Of a DNA stretch of 64,000 nt, positions 38,974-52,311 are shown in pieces. Every line of letters begins with the position of its first letter. Position 1 is the stretch's first letter. Below the pieces are notes generated by a model that saw only the letters and a list, made by a program, of their open reading frames with translations, was not told where the DNA came from and did no database searches. The position numbers and the translations under genes were made by a program. This DNA comes from Octopus vulgaris (lineage: Eukaryota), in assembly GCA_951406725.2 (NCBI GenBank), contig OX597831.1:14446001-14510000 (forward strand). The letters are read 5' to 3'.

Positions 38974-39676
38974 ACACATATGTATACATGTGCAGACAGA
39001 CACACATACCCACACGCGCGCACGCACACAGATACATACACAAACACACACATTCAAACGAATGGACACGTGCATATATACATACATATGTGAGAGAGAG
39101 AGACAATAATAAGAGAGAGAGAGATAGAGAGAGAGAGAAGGAGCGAGAGAGAGAGAGAGAGAGAAGGAGCGAGAGCTGAATTTATTTTCGCGCGAAACAC
39201 GTGTCATCTGATGCATCTATATTATACATACATACATATATATATATATATACACGAACATACATACATACATTCAACATACATGCACACATACGTACAC
39301 CCATACACATATACACAAACAATGGATATATGCGCATATTACCGAATTATGTATTTATATATTTTCTGGTTTTGAGTGGAGTACAATGCTGTACTCACGG
39401 TCTTTGCGCTCCACTCCACTCCACTCCACCCTTACCCTCTCCCTTCGGGAGCAGTGAGTGCATCTGCATGTGCGTGTATGCGTGTGGGTGTATATATACA
39501 TATAAATACATAAATATATGTATATATACTATATATATATATATGAGCATAAATGTATACACGCATATCTATATACAAACATACACACATATATATGAGA
39601 GAGAGAGAGAGAGAGGGTAACATACATTTATACATATGTATATGTGTGTATGTATATATATATATATATATATAAA

Positions 39677-39717
<41 letters not shown>

Positions 39718-39720
39718 TAT

Positions 39721-39761
<41 letters not shown>

Positions 39762-40278
39762 AAAATATATACATACAATATTAGATATGTACATATATAC
39801 ACAAGGGTATTACATGAGTACCTATATCGCTAAAGATAGAAGTAAAAAAATACTTCTGTACCTCTGAATAATCACAAATCCATCCCTATATTTAATTATA
39901 TATATATATATCTTTCTATCTATCTATCTATCTATGCAACAGTGCTCGACGTCACAATGTGGACATTATCGTAGAAGCCTGAATATGTGTGCGTATATGT
40001 ATGTGGAAGTGTGCGTGAGCGTGCGCTCATAATTACGTAACTATAAACACAAAAAACAAATAAATAAAAATAAAGAGAGAAAGAGTGAGAAAGAGAGAGA
40101 AAGAGAAAGTGAGAAAGGAAGAGCGAGCGAACGAGCAAGAGGAAGAGAGGATGAAGAAAGGAGAGTGTGAGAAAGAGAGAATAAGCGAGCGAGCGAGGAA
40201 TGGTAAACGAAGGCTGCATGATTTGAGATGAGTGCTACTCAATGAGTGAGACTCAATGAGTGAATGACAGTAGCACTT

Positions 40279-41620
40279 AGTTCTCCGTATCAGCAGCCAG
40301 TCTTGAAGTTGGCTAGAAGTGGTAGCAGCTCTCCTGTCCTTGCTCGGATAACCGCCAACATTCGTGGATTTGCAATCCAAAATCCTACGACGGCCACATA
40401 TATATTTATATATATGTGTGTATATGCATCTCTGTGTGTATAACACAACACGATCTCTCGGTCATTATATCTTGCTTTTTGTCTTTTCTATGCCTGTTAA
40501 TTTCGTTCTATTTCGTTGTTGAGCCAAAGAAAAAGAAAAAAAAAACCCTTTATATTGCATTATATATATATATTATAGAATATATATATACATATATCTC
40601 TTTATATAATCCGGACAAATATACAACAAGCAATCAAATTAATATTAACGATTATTGTAACACAAACAAATCTATCACTACAGAAACCGCAGCAATAACT
40701 GAAAGAAAACAACCCCCTCCATATTAATAATAATAATAATAATAATAATATCTCCCTGCTTTTCACTAAGTTTCTATGGTGGTGGTGGCGACGTGTGTAG
40801 CAGTTTATATAACTCTCCCAGTTTGTAAGTTTTCGCTGGAGCCTGCAGCATAAACACAGATTCACACGTATCTGCATGTAACATCGCGATTATTGTATGA
40901 AAAAAAGAAAGAGCGGAAAATATATAAATATAAAGATAGAAGAAGGACAAATTTGATTAATTAATAAATCTTTCTGAAATTTTGTGATTTAACGTGATAA
41001 TCACACCCGTCGATCACCAGAATCAATCGTAAATATTTTTGATTTAATTCTGTTTGTTTCTTCTTTTAAGTGACGAAGTTTTTGAAAAAAATAAAAAAGA
41101 AGAAGGAACAAATGAACTACACTGTTATATTCTCAGATCAATATATTTTGGAAAAAAAAAGAAAAAAAGACAATAGCTAAAAAAATATTAAAAATTAGTA
41201 GCAATTTATTTCTTTAAAAAATATATATATATATACGAAAATATTAAAAACATCTACGGACCTCTATACATATCGTTATCGTCGAAATCCTATCATCTTC
41301 TTTGAAAATCAAATCGATAAAGGCAAAAATGAATATATAGACACATTCATATTGATATATATTTATTTATAAAGGCACAGAACGTCTATATAAAACACTA
41401 GGATAAATTTCGAACTTCTTAATTAGCAGAGCTGAAGAACGGTTAAACAAACGTTGCAGAGAAACGCCTGAAGCCTTTGGTAGCTGCTTCGACCATTAAG
41501 TTACTTTGATAACTTAATAATAATAATAATAAAAAAAGAGCCTGATAAATCTTCTTCCGTTGGTGATCGCCCACCTCGAAACCAAACTAAATTTAATACT
41601 ACCTTGGGGATTTTGTCCAG
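40279..41620 (+). other. Candidate long non-coding first exon 2
   Basis: Lies in a ~4-kb SINE-free island. It is preceded by a GA-rich tract and an Inr-like TTAGTT (40277-40282) and ends at CAG|GTAAGC (GT at 41621). No ATG-initiated ORF reaches the donor. Confidence 0.45.
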
Positions 41621-41861
41621 GTAAGCAAGCAAGTAAATAAGTAAGCAAAGTAAATATTTAAAATGCTGTTTGTTTTTCAGTTTTACAGCGTTATGTTAAT
41701 CAAATTACAGGTGTTAATTTTACAGGTGGAATTAATTGTGAGATGACACTTCCGTCAAAAAGCGAGCAGTGCAAATGCTGCTGGCTTTTACTTTCACTTT
41801 CGATACGTGTGTATATGCTTTCGTGTATGTATGTATGTATGTATATATGTATGTATGTATG

Positions 41862-41958
<97 letters not shown>

Positions 41959-42252
41959 TAATATATGTGTATATAACATATAGATACATGCGTGTGTGTG
42001 TATATATTTGTATATAATATACGTTTATGTATGTGTTTGTATGTGTGTGTAAAAGGAATACAGACAAAAACAAGCGAAAGAATGAATGAATTGGATATAC
42101 AAAGTGTGTGTGTGTGTGTGTGTGTGTGTGTCTGCGTGCGTACGTGAATGTTTAAGGTGTTGGCTTTTGTTGTTACTTTTGTTGAACGCATTGTAGATCT
42201 GACCTGAACGAGCAAATTTACAAGGGAAGACGTTCCAGTTGTGGCCATCTAG

Positions 42253-42324
<72 letters not shown>

Positions 42325-42568
42325 CACACCTTTTCGCAGTACCGTTTCTTTTTCTGCTTTAAATGCAACGCACCTGGTCCGATATTCAGTATGGTTATTT
42401 AGCTGCTATTTCTTTCTCATAAAATAACCAAGCAAATGTCCCCTTATTGGGGCATGGATGAAATGAGATGGGGGGAGTCAAGGGGCAAAGAAGAGCCAAG
42501 GGAATCGGGAAAACCAAAGATAGAATTGCTGTGTAACTAATAACTACTCCATTTTTGATTGCTTGAAC

Positions 42569-42603
<35 letters not shown>

Positions 42604-42911
42604 GTTATTATGCTGGCTGACTTGTCTGAGCTACGAAAAAAATTTTGTAATTTTTCCTCCGGTTCTCATCATCATCATCATCCTCATCACCATTATTATA
42701 TATATATGTACATGCACACATACACGCACACACGCACACACACGCACGCACACAGATATACACACATACACATGAACACTCATATATCTGTGCATAAACA
42801 CACATACTCACATACATATATCTAATATAGAATACGGATTATGTTGCAACATCACCTGCACAACCCAAACACCGCCCCCGCTGCAAACACCGTTCCACTG
42901 CACCATATATA

Positions 42912-43125
42912 TACTCTTTACTCTTTTACTTGTTTCAGTCATTTGACTGCGGCCATGCTGGAGCACCGCCTTTAATCGAGCAAATCGACCCCGGGACTTA
43001 TTCTTTTTGTAAGCCCAGTACTTATTCTATCGGTCTCTTTTGCCGAGCAGCTAAGTGACGGGGACGTAAACACACCAGCATCGGTTGTCAAGCAATGCTA
43101 GGGGGACAAACACAGACGCACAAAC

Positions 43126-43187
<62 letters not shown>

Positions 43188-43331
43188 GACAGGCTTCTTT
43201 CAGTTTCCGTCTACCAAATCCACTCACAAGGCATTGGTCGGCCCGGGGCTATAGCAGAAGACACTTGCCCAAGATGCCACGCAGTGGGACTGAACCCGCA
43301 AGCTACTTACCACACAGCCACTCCTGCGCCT
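42912..43331 (-). mobile_element. SINE family B, near full length, young
   Basis: Minus-strand head ggcgcaggagtggctgtgtggtaagtagc; (TA)n flanks. Confidence 0.93.
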
Positions 43332-43465
43332 ATATATATATACTTTAAATCGCCACATACAATATACAATATATATTGTAAGTGGTGATTGACGATTTAA
43401 AGTCTATTCTCAGCATATTGTTTATAATTTTCACCTTTACAGGTGTTTTTGATGTGCTGGCCATT

Positions 43466-43881
43466 TTACTCTTTTATTCTTTTACTTGTTTCAGTTATTT
43501 TATTGCGGCCACGCTGGATCACCGCCTTTAGTCGAACTAATCGACCCCACGACTTATTCTTTGTAAGCCTAGTACTTATTCTATCGGTCTGTTTTGCTGA
43601 ACCGCTAATTTACGGTGACATAAACACACCAGCATCGGTTGTCAAGCGATGTTGGGTGAGGGGGGACAAACACAGATACACAAACACACACACATACATA
43701 TTCATATATACACATATACGACGGGCTTCTTTCAGTTTCCATCTACCAAATCCACTCACAAGTCTTTGGTCGACCCGAGGCTATAGTATAAGACACTTGG
43801 CCTAGGTGCCACGCAGTGGGACTGAACCCGGTATCATGTGGTTGGTAATCAAGCTACTTACCACACAGCCACTCCTGAACC
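43466..43881 (-). mobile_element. SINE family B
   Basis: Homologous to 42912-43331. Confidence 0.92.
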
Positions 43882-43922
43882 TATGATGAAATATTTGGAA
43901 AAAATTTCATCCTATATTAGAA

Positions 43923-43965
<43 letters not shown>

Positions 43966-43968
<3 letters not shown>

Positions 43969-45249
43969 GTAAGCATGCAGTCTTATGCACACACTCATAT
44001 GCTGTCCACAAATATGCATCGAGATACACGTGTGTAGTAAATACGCAGTTACGATAGTTATACATGTTGATAGGTGACTTTTGCGTGTAAACGCATGTAT
44101 TTGCATATGGAGGCGTATATCAGATTTTAAGTGTATATGACTAATATTTCATAAGCCACCCACTAGCCACACGCACGCGCGCACACACACGCACACGCCT
44201 GCTCACACATAACTTTTAGCAGTTTGGAATCAGTCCAGAAGAAACCTTTCCCCCGATGATGAGAACTGGCCAATAACCTCTGATCATTGGTTAATTGATA
44301 TCACCGGGTGTATATCATCTGTAACTTCCGTTAGACAAACCGGCAGTTATCTGATTTATTGAAGTATGAAATGGCTTTATCGTTAATGCTACATATTGCT
44401 GGTGGGCGTTTGGATCTGTCATATATGTGTTTCCAAACGAACTGGGGTGGAAATATGAAGTTCTTCCTATTACTTAACCTAAATGTGTGCAGATGCTTAT
44501 AATAACGTTAATTGAAAGTGTTCGTAGTCAGCCCTATCTACTGCCTTCTCAGGCAGACATATTCTAACAGTTCAATATATAATTACTCTTGAAGGGAAGA
44601 TTCTTTTAGTGAGTAGGTAGAAGTATTTCGGAAAGTTATAAGTTGACTGTTGGGATGAGGACTGTATGGGAGCGTTCGTTTATTGCAACGTATGATATGA
44701 AAGACAGCGCTGTCTAGGCAAGACAAGTTGACTTAAACTTTGTGTATCTATGGGAAATGATGTCATACTACAGCTAAATGGCTCCCGGCTTTTGTCTAAC
44801 GTGTTTAATCTGGTGGATTAGACTAGAGTACCTTTCTTTTCTGAGTTTCACTCTGGCGTAGAATGGTAAAATGTTTCTATATACACCAGCAGCGTCTGCC
44901 TAGTGCATCGTTAGAGTAGAAAGAGCCCTGTTAAAGATGCCCAAGTTCAAGTTGCCACCGCAACCTTTCGTAATATTCCAGCTTTAAGATTCTCAATCAG
45001 AGACGAGGTGGGTCGATTTTCGGGCTATGTATCCGTGTGCGTATGGCTAGTGGGTGGCTTATGAAATATTAGTCATATACACTTAAAATCTGATATACCC
45101 CCCCCCTATGCAAATACATGCGTTTACACGCAAACGTCACCTATCACTATATATATATATATATCGTAACTGCGTATTTACACACGTGTATCTCAATGCA
45201 TATTTATGGACAGCATATGAGTGTGTGCATAAGACTGCATGCTTACGTA
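43966..45249 (-). mobile_element. Penelope-like element remnant: decayed thumb/linker plus GIY-YIG endonuclease, between ~210-bp inverted repeats
   Basis: Arms 43966-44176 / 45037-45249. Interior minus strand reads KRKVL*SNPP (44811-44840, RKRxIxWFNPP-like), VIIY, IGLTTNTFN*RYYKHLHTFR, QFVWK and SINDKAISYFNKSDNCR (44300-44590). Confidence 0.8.
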
Positions 45250-45821
45250 TATATCGTATGGCTGGCATTTGGTATGGTGCTTTGTTTCTCTTAAAATCAA
45301 GTGTTATATAATACAAATTGACTTGTTTAAATTAGAACTTAGTACTTATGGATATGTCTAAATCAGGCACCTTAATTTTTCTTGTAATTTTCTTTTAAAT
45401 TCATTTTTTTACTTTAAGAAAAGATTTAATATACGTTTATCTTGCACGTAACTGCTGAGCAGACATCTCCGTGTAAAGTTATGATCACGTTGCGGTTTGT
45501 CAGGATGTCAAGGATAAACAACCTTCTGAGGACATCGACCGCCTCCGCTTCGTCATAACTTTTCATCATGGGAATTTTGAAGTCATCCCCTGTCCTGGTC
45601 CAAAAAGACCCGGTTTGGCAAACCAGCGATTCTTTTCGTCCTGGTATCTCGATCGTTAATTCTAGTAAATTCCATCTCCATACCAACTGTGTGTGCATAT
45701 GATTGTATGAATATATGTAGATTTGTGTGTTTTGCTTTATGTATGTATGTATGTATGTATGTATGTATGTATGTATGTATGTATGTATGTATGTATGTAT
45801 GTATGTATGTATGTATGTACA

Positions 45822-46094
45822 GATGTGTATGTTTCATGTATGTATTCTCAGGCATATAGTTGCATAGCTAGACATGCTCATATATATTTAAATGATAAAC
45901 ATCTGGTAAGTTTACAGATTTTTTGCAGTTCCAGTGATGGATTGGATCTGCAGTCCTTGAAGTAGCTTTGCTCTTTCTGGTTTTGAGAAGCCTAATTTAT
46001 CAAGATTAGTATTTAGGCAGTGTGTTACATATCCCAGGGCCCCAATAATTACAGGTATAAACCTGAACCTGTAATATGGATAGAGTAACTGCTT
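45822..46094 (-). mobile_element. R4/Dong-like (RLE-type) LINE 3' fragment flanked by (ATGT)n
   Basis: YRFRFIPVIIGALGYVTHCLNTNLDKLG...LQIQSITGTAK fits the RLE C-terminal motif PxxIGALG...Q..xxxGT. Confidence 0.75.
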
Positions 46095-46110
46095 GTATGT
46101 ATGTATGCAT

Positions 46111-46354
46111 AAAGGCGCATGACTTTGTGGTTTCGGTATTCGGCTCCCGTCCACTCACCTGGCAAAAACCAGTAGTACCTGTAATTCAAAAGGGCCGGCC
46201 TTGTCACATTCTGTGTCCCGTTGAATCTCTCCGAGAGATAGGTGAAGGGTATGCACGTCTGTGGAGACTCAACCACTTGCTCTTTGGTATCACGAGCCGG
46301 ATGTTCCGTTGATACGATCAACTGGAACTCTCATGGTCGGAACCGGCGAGTGCC
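46111..46354 (+). mobile_element. SINE family C, internally deleted
   Basis: aaggcgcatgactttgtggtt head; gtacctgtaattcaaaagggccggccttgtcac body. Confidence 0.8.
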
Positions 46355-46485
46355 CTTTAGATCTATCCAGCTATCTGCTTGTCTGTCTGTCTGTCTGTCT
46401 GTCTGACTTCCTGTCTGTCTATCTGTTTGTCTGCCTTCTTGTCTGTCTGTCTATCTACCTGTCTACCTATCTAACTTTCTGTCTG

Positions 46486-46564
<79 letters not shown>

Positions 46565-47640
46565 GTCGATGCATGGATACATGTGTACACATATACATGT
46601 AGATATAATATATTAGTCAAGGACAAAGCAGCGCCCATGACCCTTAACAGGGCGTTGGTCACCGACACAGGTGAGAAGGCGGGAGGAAGCTATCCTCAAA
46701 GTGGAAATCTGGTCGAAATGCTTCCAACAGAATGGTCGCCGCAAAACCACTCATGGTGCCATGATCTACGTGGTTGATGGTACCACCACCCATGTAGACC
46801 ATGGGACCAGTTGAATTTAGAGGGTAAAGGACCGGAACAATTACCACTAGGTATCCGGTCCAACGTTATTACAGTTTTGCCAATGCTTCGCTTTGGTTCG
46901 GTCCTTTATTTCATCGACCCTCGAAAGGATAAAAGGCGAAGTCGACCTGGGCAGGATTTGAAACCAGAGGCACAAACTCAGAGTAAATACTCTGACCGTG
47001 TGTGTGTGTGATTGAGAGTGTGTGTATGTTTGTGTGTGTGTACGCTTGTGTATGTGTGTATGCTTGTGTGTGTGTATGCTTGTCAGTGCGTGTGTATGCT
47101 TGTGTGTGTGTGTGTGTATGCGTGTGTAGGCTTGTGTGTGTGTATGCTTGTGTGTGTGTATGTTCATGCTTGTATGCGTGTATGCTTATGTGTGTGTATG
47201 TATGTACTTGTGTCTGTGTGCGTATGCTCGTATCTGTCTGTATGCTTGCGTGTGTTTGTGTGTATGTCTATGTGTGTGTGTGATTTGGATCAAATGTCAA
47301 TGGCCATTACCTCAATTTCTTTTTTTATCTTTTGCTATAGACGTCATTTTTCCACAGAGCCAAGAGAGAAGACCAACGTATGGTCCCTTAGCTACCTAGA
47401 AATAGCAGCGACACCTTTAACAAATCACACACCCTTTCCTCACCATCCCACCACCCATAAGCAATAAAATCTCATTAGAAATGTCCAGTGTACAATACAG
47501 CACGAAAATATATTACATTACAACACACAAACACATATACATACATGCATACTTACATACACACACATACATACACATATGTGCCAACGCACGAAACTCT
47601 CGGCCCTTAAAAACGTGTAAATGATTACGTTTTTATAACC

Positions 47641-48376
47641 CAAAACCTTGTGAGTGGATTTGGTAGATGGAAACTGAAAGAAGCCCACAGTATATATATA
47701 TATATATATATATATTTGTGTGTGTGTGTATGTCTGAATGTGCGATTGTGTGTGTGCTTGTGTGTCTCTGTTCGTCTCCCCCCATCGCTTGACAACCAAT
47801 GTTGGTATGTTTACCTTCCCATTAAATTAGGGGTTCGGCAAAAGAGTCTGATTGTTTAAGTACTAAGTTTACAAAGAATAAGTCCTGGGGCCGATTTGTT
47901 CGACTAAGGGCGGTGCTTCAGTATGGCCGCAGTCAAGTGACTGAAATAAATAAAAGTATATATATATATATATATATATGGCTGTGTGGTAAGTAGCTTG
48001 TTTACCAACCACATGGTTCCGGGTTCAGTCCCAGTGCTTGGCACCTTCGGCAAGTTTCTTCTACTATAGCCTCGGGTCGACCAAAGCCTTGTGAGTGGAT
48101 TTGGTAGACGGAAACTGAAAGAAGCCCGTCATATATATGTATGTATATATATGTGTGTGTGTGTATATGTTTGTGTGTCTGTGTTTGTCCCCCCAATATA
48201 GCTTGACAACCGATGCTGGTGTGTTTACGTCATCGCAACTTAGCGGTTCGGCATAAGAGTTCGATAGAATAAGTACTAAGCTTATAAAGAATAAGTCCTG
48301 GGGTCGATTTGCTCAACTAAAGGCGGTGCTGCTGCATGACCACAGTCAAAGGACTGAAACAATTAAGAGAGCAAAA
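47641..48376 (+). mobile_element. Two tandem family B SINEs (47641-47957, 47979-48376)
   Basis: ccttgtgagtggatttggtaga.ggaaactgaaagaagccc occurs in both. Confidence 0.92.
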
Positions 48377-48393
48377 GATATATATATATATAT

Positions 48394-48454
<61 letters not shown>

Positions 48455-48670
48455 CATGTATATATATATATATATATATAACTTAGTGGTTCGGCAAAAA
48501 ATACCGAGAGAAATGTTCTGGGCTTTACAAAAGTGTACTAGGATTAGTTCATTCAACTAAAAACTAAACAAAACAAGGACAATGCAGTGCCCCAATATGG
48601 CTGCAGTTCACTGACTGAAGCAAGTAAAAAGACACACAGACATGCACACGCATACGCACACACGCACACA

Positions 48671-48705
<35 letters not shown>

Positions 48706-49205
48706 CTATATAGAAAAATCCTGGACGGTCGCAACTCAAATACTCTGCCATATAAACTCTCTGCTGTTTTTTCCTGTTGTAGTACCAATAGTAGGCTCTC
48801 GCGTGTAAGCGTTGGAATCGCTTGTATTGCCTTCGAGGGGTTATTGGTCTTATTGTGTATAACTCCGAGTAACGAAGCAAAGTTGTTTTAAATCAATTAT
48901 CGCATATTCTATATGAAAGAAAAAAGAGAAAAAAAAAAGACTGATGTAAAAATTGATCCAACTCTCAGCAGCTAAAGAAAATAACTATGAAATGTTTCTG
49001 TTGTTTTTATTCCTTCTCGCCAGCTGGTTATTATTTATATAAACAATACAAGTTGGCCATGTTGGAGCCAGCAAGACCAGGCTTGAATCGAATGAAGAAA
49101 GAAAGAAACAAACAAGATTAAAGAAGTTTCTGTAGTGACCACGCCCATTATTGTTTTTACCCATCTGTCTGTGTGTCTGTGTGTCTGTCTGTCTATCTAT
49201 CTACT

Positions 49206-49294
<89 letters not shown>

Positions 49295-49675
49295 CTCTCT
49301 CTCCCTCTCTCTGTTTTCTTCTGGATAAGTGATTCGGTTTACAACTGTCAGCGTTTTCTTCGGATCATATATATAAAAAAAAAACTGGGTACAATTGAGG
49401 GAGATTTAGCTGTTGCTTCTACCAGATCAAACCGACTCGTATAAACGCTGATGTGATAGAAGCATCAGATAGAAGCATCGAACAAAATGCCGACAGTATT
49501 TAATTACGGCCCTTTATATTCTGAGCTCGAAATCCACCAACCCACCAAGGTCAACTTGCTTTCATCTTTCTGCGATTGACAAAATAAATTACCTGTCAAA
49601 TACTGACGCTGTATTAACATAATATGTCTATAACATTCTAGACACGAATGGAATTAAGGCACTGAAGCGTTTATA

Positions 49676-49731
<56 letters not shown>

Positions 49732-49833
49732 AACAAAATAAATAATAATAGGGTAATAAGAAATTATTATTACCAGTGGCCTAGCACAAAAACGAATTAG
49801 TCATTAGACTATATGTTATTCACATAGAAATAC

Positions 49834-49926
49834 AATAAGAGGCTTCTAAATAGGAAAGCCTTGGTGGTTTTGAGTTTTCTGCTGCTCTTTCTAGCACAAG
49901 GCTTTCCTATTTGGAAGCCTCTTATT
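49834..49926. repeat. 30-bp inverted repeat (one mismatch), between TA tracts
   Basis: aataagaggcttctaaataggaaagccttg / caaggctttcctatttggaagcctcttatt. Confidence 0.9.
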
Positions 49927-49973
<47 letters not shown>

Positions 49974-50286
49974 GTATGCTTATAGGCGCGGGAGTAGCTG
50001 TGTGATAAGTAGCTTGCTTACCAGCCACATGGTTCCGGGTTCAGTTCCACTGCGTGGCACCCTGGGTAAGTGTCTTCTACTATAGCCTCGGGCCAGCCAA
50101 AGCCTAGTCAGTGGATTTGGCTGGCGGAAACTGAAAGAAGACCATTGTGTATATATGTGTGTGTGTTTATGTGTGTGATATGACGGACGAGTCCTATACG
50201 CCCACGAAACGTTAAGTCATGTGGTGCTGAGTCCTGCATCCAAATATGTTGCGTGCTACTGCTTTCTTTCGTTTCACCACTCACTC

Positions 50287-50330
<44 letters not shown>

Positions 50331-50979
50331 TGCATGTATATACCCCCCACACACACATGAACTTCAGGTTAGTTAAAATATGCTTGTCCCATATTTCATT
50401 CTCTAAAGACAACTTCACACCAGTTACCGTAGTGAACTACGCGTGGTTTTCTTAAGGAAACGACAGAAATAATTTGCATAATATTTCTGGATAAATCACC
50501 TGAAAATACGATGCGATTGTCGTGGTTGGAACACTTAATCATGACTTTTTCATTAGGCTTTGTCTGAGGCTAATGTTTAAGAGCTTATATATGTATAAAG
50601 AGATACAATTATATATGTATATATATATATGTTTATATGTGTGTATATATGTGTAGAAGCACACTTTCATGGTTTCAAGTTCCCACAGTTTAACCTCTGA
50701 TCTATCCTAATCAAAAAGATTTATGATTAAACACTCCAGCCATGACAATCGCCTCGTATTTTCAGACAATTTATCCAGTAATATTATTCGAGCTATTCCC
50801 GTCATTCCCTTAAGAAGACAACGTATAGTTTTGGAGTATTGGATCTCCTATTTCTAGCAGGTAGAGCCCAGACATAGAAATATTGCTTAATAAATGCATT
50901 TCACAACCACGTGACTTCCGGTTTTACTCTACAACGTGGCATCTTGAACAACTCTTTTTTATCACTGTCTCCCATCTAC

Positions 50980-51335
50980 AACGGTGACGATGATAACGAC
51001 GACGACAACAACGACACGACGACGATGAAGATGAAGATGAAGACAACGGCGATGATGAAGATAATGACGACGAAGATGAAGATGATGACGATGATGACGA
51101 CGATGATGATGTTGCCGATGATGATGATGTGCGAACGTGGTGGCGATGACGACGACGATGAAGATGATGACGACGGCGATGGTGATGATGTCGATGATGA
51201 TGATGTGGCGATGGTGGTGACGATGATGACGATGACGATGATGATGATGATGATGATGATGACAAGGACGACAACGATGTTGATGATGAAGACGACGATG
51301 ATGTCAACAATTAAAGTGATGACGATGACGATGAT
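50980..51335. repeat. (GAT/GAC)n low-complexity tract
   Basis: Direct reading. Confidence 0.9.
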
Positions 51336-51611
51336 TTTGTTGCTCAGCCGCAAGGACACCATTGACAGTCCTTATGTTGGTGACGTGGACAAGTTGAGAA
51401 GGATTAGATTAAACTTCCGTCTGGCTTCTCAACGGAAGACGCTTGTTCACGCGCAAAATGGAAAGTCTCGTGCACACTCATTCGCCTCAGCCACACTTTA
51501 GCGACCATTATTAACCTTTCCCTTAAGTATTCCAAACAATACATTAACGATAGACATCCACCCGACACGCCAACAACACTTTGTCAATTCTTGATAAAAT
51601 GTTTTAACCAT

Positions 51612-52028
51612 AGGCGCAGGAGTGACTCTGTGGTAAGAAGCTTGCTTATCAACCACATAGTTTTTGGTCCTAACGCGTGACACCTTGGGCAAGTCTCTTC
51701 TATTATAGCTTCGGGCCAACAAAAGCCCTGAGAGTGGATTTGGTTGAGGGAAACTGAAAGAAGCCCTTCGTATGCATATATGTATATATCTGTGTGTGCA
51801 TGTGTGTGTTTGTGTCTGTGTTTCTCCCCAACAACCGCTTGACAACCGGTGTTGGGTGTATTTACGTCCCCGTAACCTAGCAATTCGGCAAGAGAAGTCG
51901 ATAGAGTAAGTACCAGGGTTAAAAATAAACTAAAAGATACTAGGGGCGATTCATTCGACTAAAATTCTTCAAGGTGGTGCCCCAGCATGGCCGCAGTCTA
52001 ATGACTGGAACAAGTAAATGGTAAAAGA
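51612..52028 (+). mobile_element. SINE family B, full length
   Basis: ggcgcaggagtgactctgtggtaagaagc head through the gactggaacaagtaaa tail. Confidence 0.9.
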
Positions 52029-52311
52029 TGTTGAGCGTCCAGACCAGGGGTACTCAGCCATTTCTTTTTTACTTACGGATCCCTTCGATTCTTATTCTAT
52101 TCAGATGAACCCTCGAGCCATTCGATCTTTAGAAAGTCCTGTTATATTTTTATAATTAAATATAATTAGGAATTGATTTTATTTGATCTAGTTTCAGCTT
52201 ACGAGCTGTGGCCATGCTGGGGCACTGTCAAATTATAAAATTATAAAATATTTTGTTTAGTCTAAGACCTATAACCAGTTTATTGCAGATAAATATTAAC
52301 GATAAAATCTT

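Noticed and set aside
43428-43445. Strong-looking acceptor tttcacctttacag|G
   Set aside because: It is followed almost immediately by a SINE with no matching donor; unsupported without RNA data.
45426-45698. 90-aa non-repetitive minus-strand ORF
   Set aside because: No recognisable domain and no convincing splice signals; the length is compatible with chance.
50185-50222. Further hammerhead-like fragments (gaaacgttaagtcat here; gaaacagctgt at ~28960 and ~29288; 45045-45075)
   Set aside because: Only the GAAA-palindrome half is recognisable and the CUGANGA core is missing, so they were not counted.
50911-51501. 196-aa Met/Asp-rich ORF
   Set aside because: It derives from a (GAT/GAC)n tract that is also open on the opposite strand; there are no reflectin-type or other known motifs.
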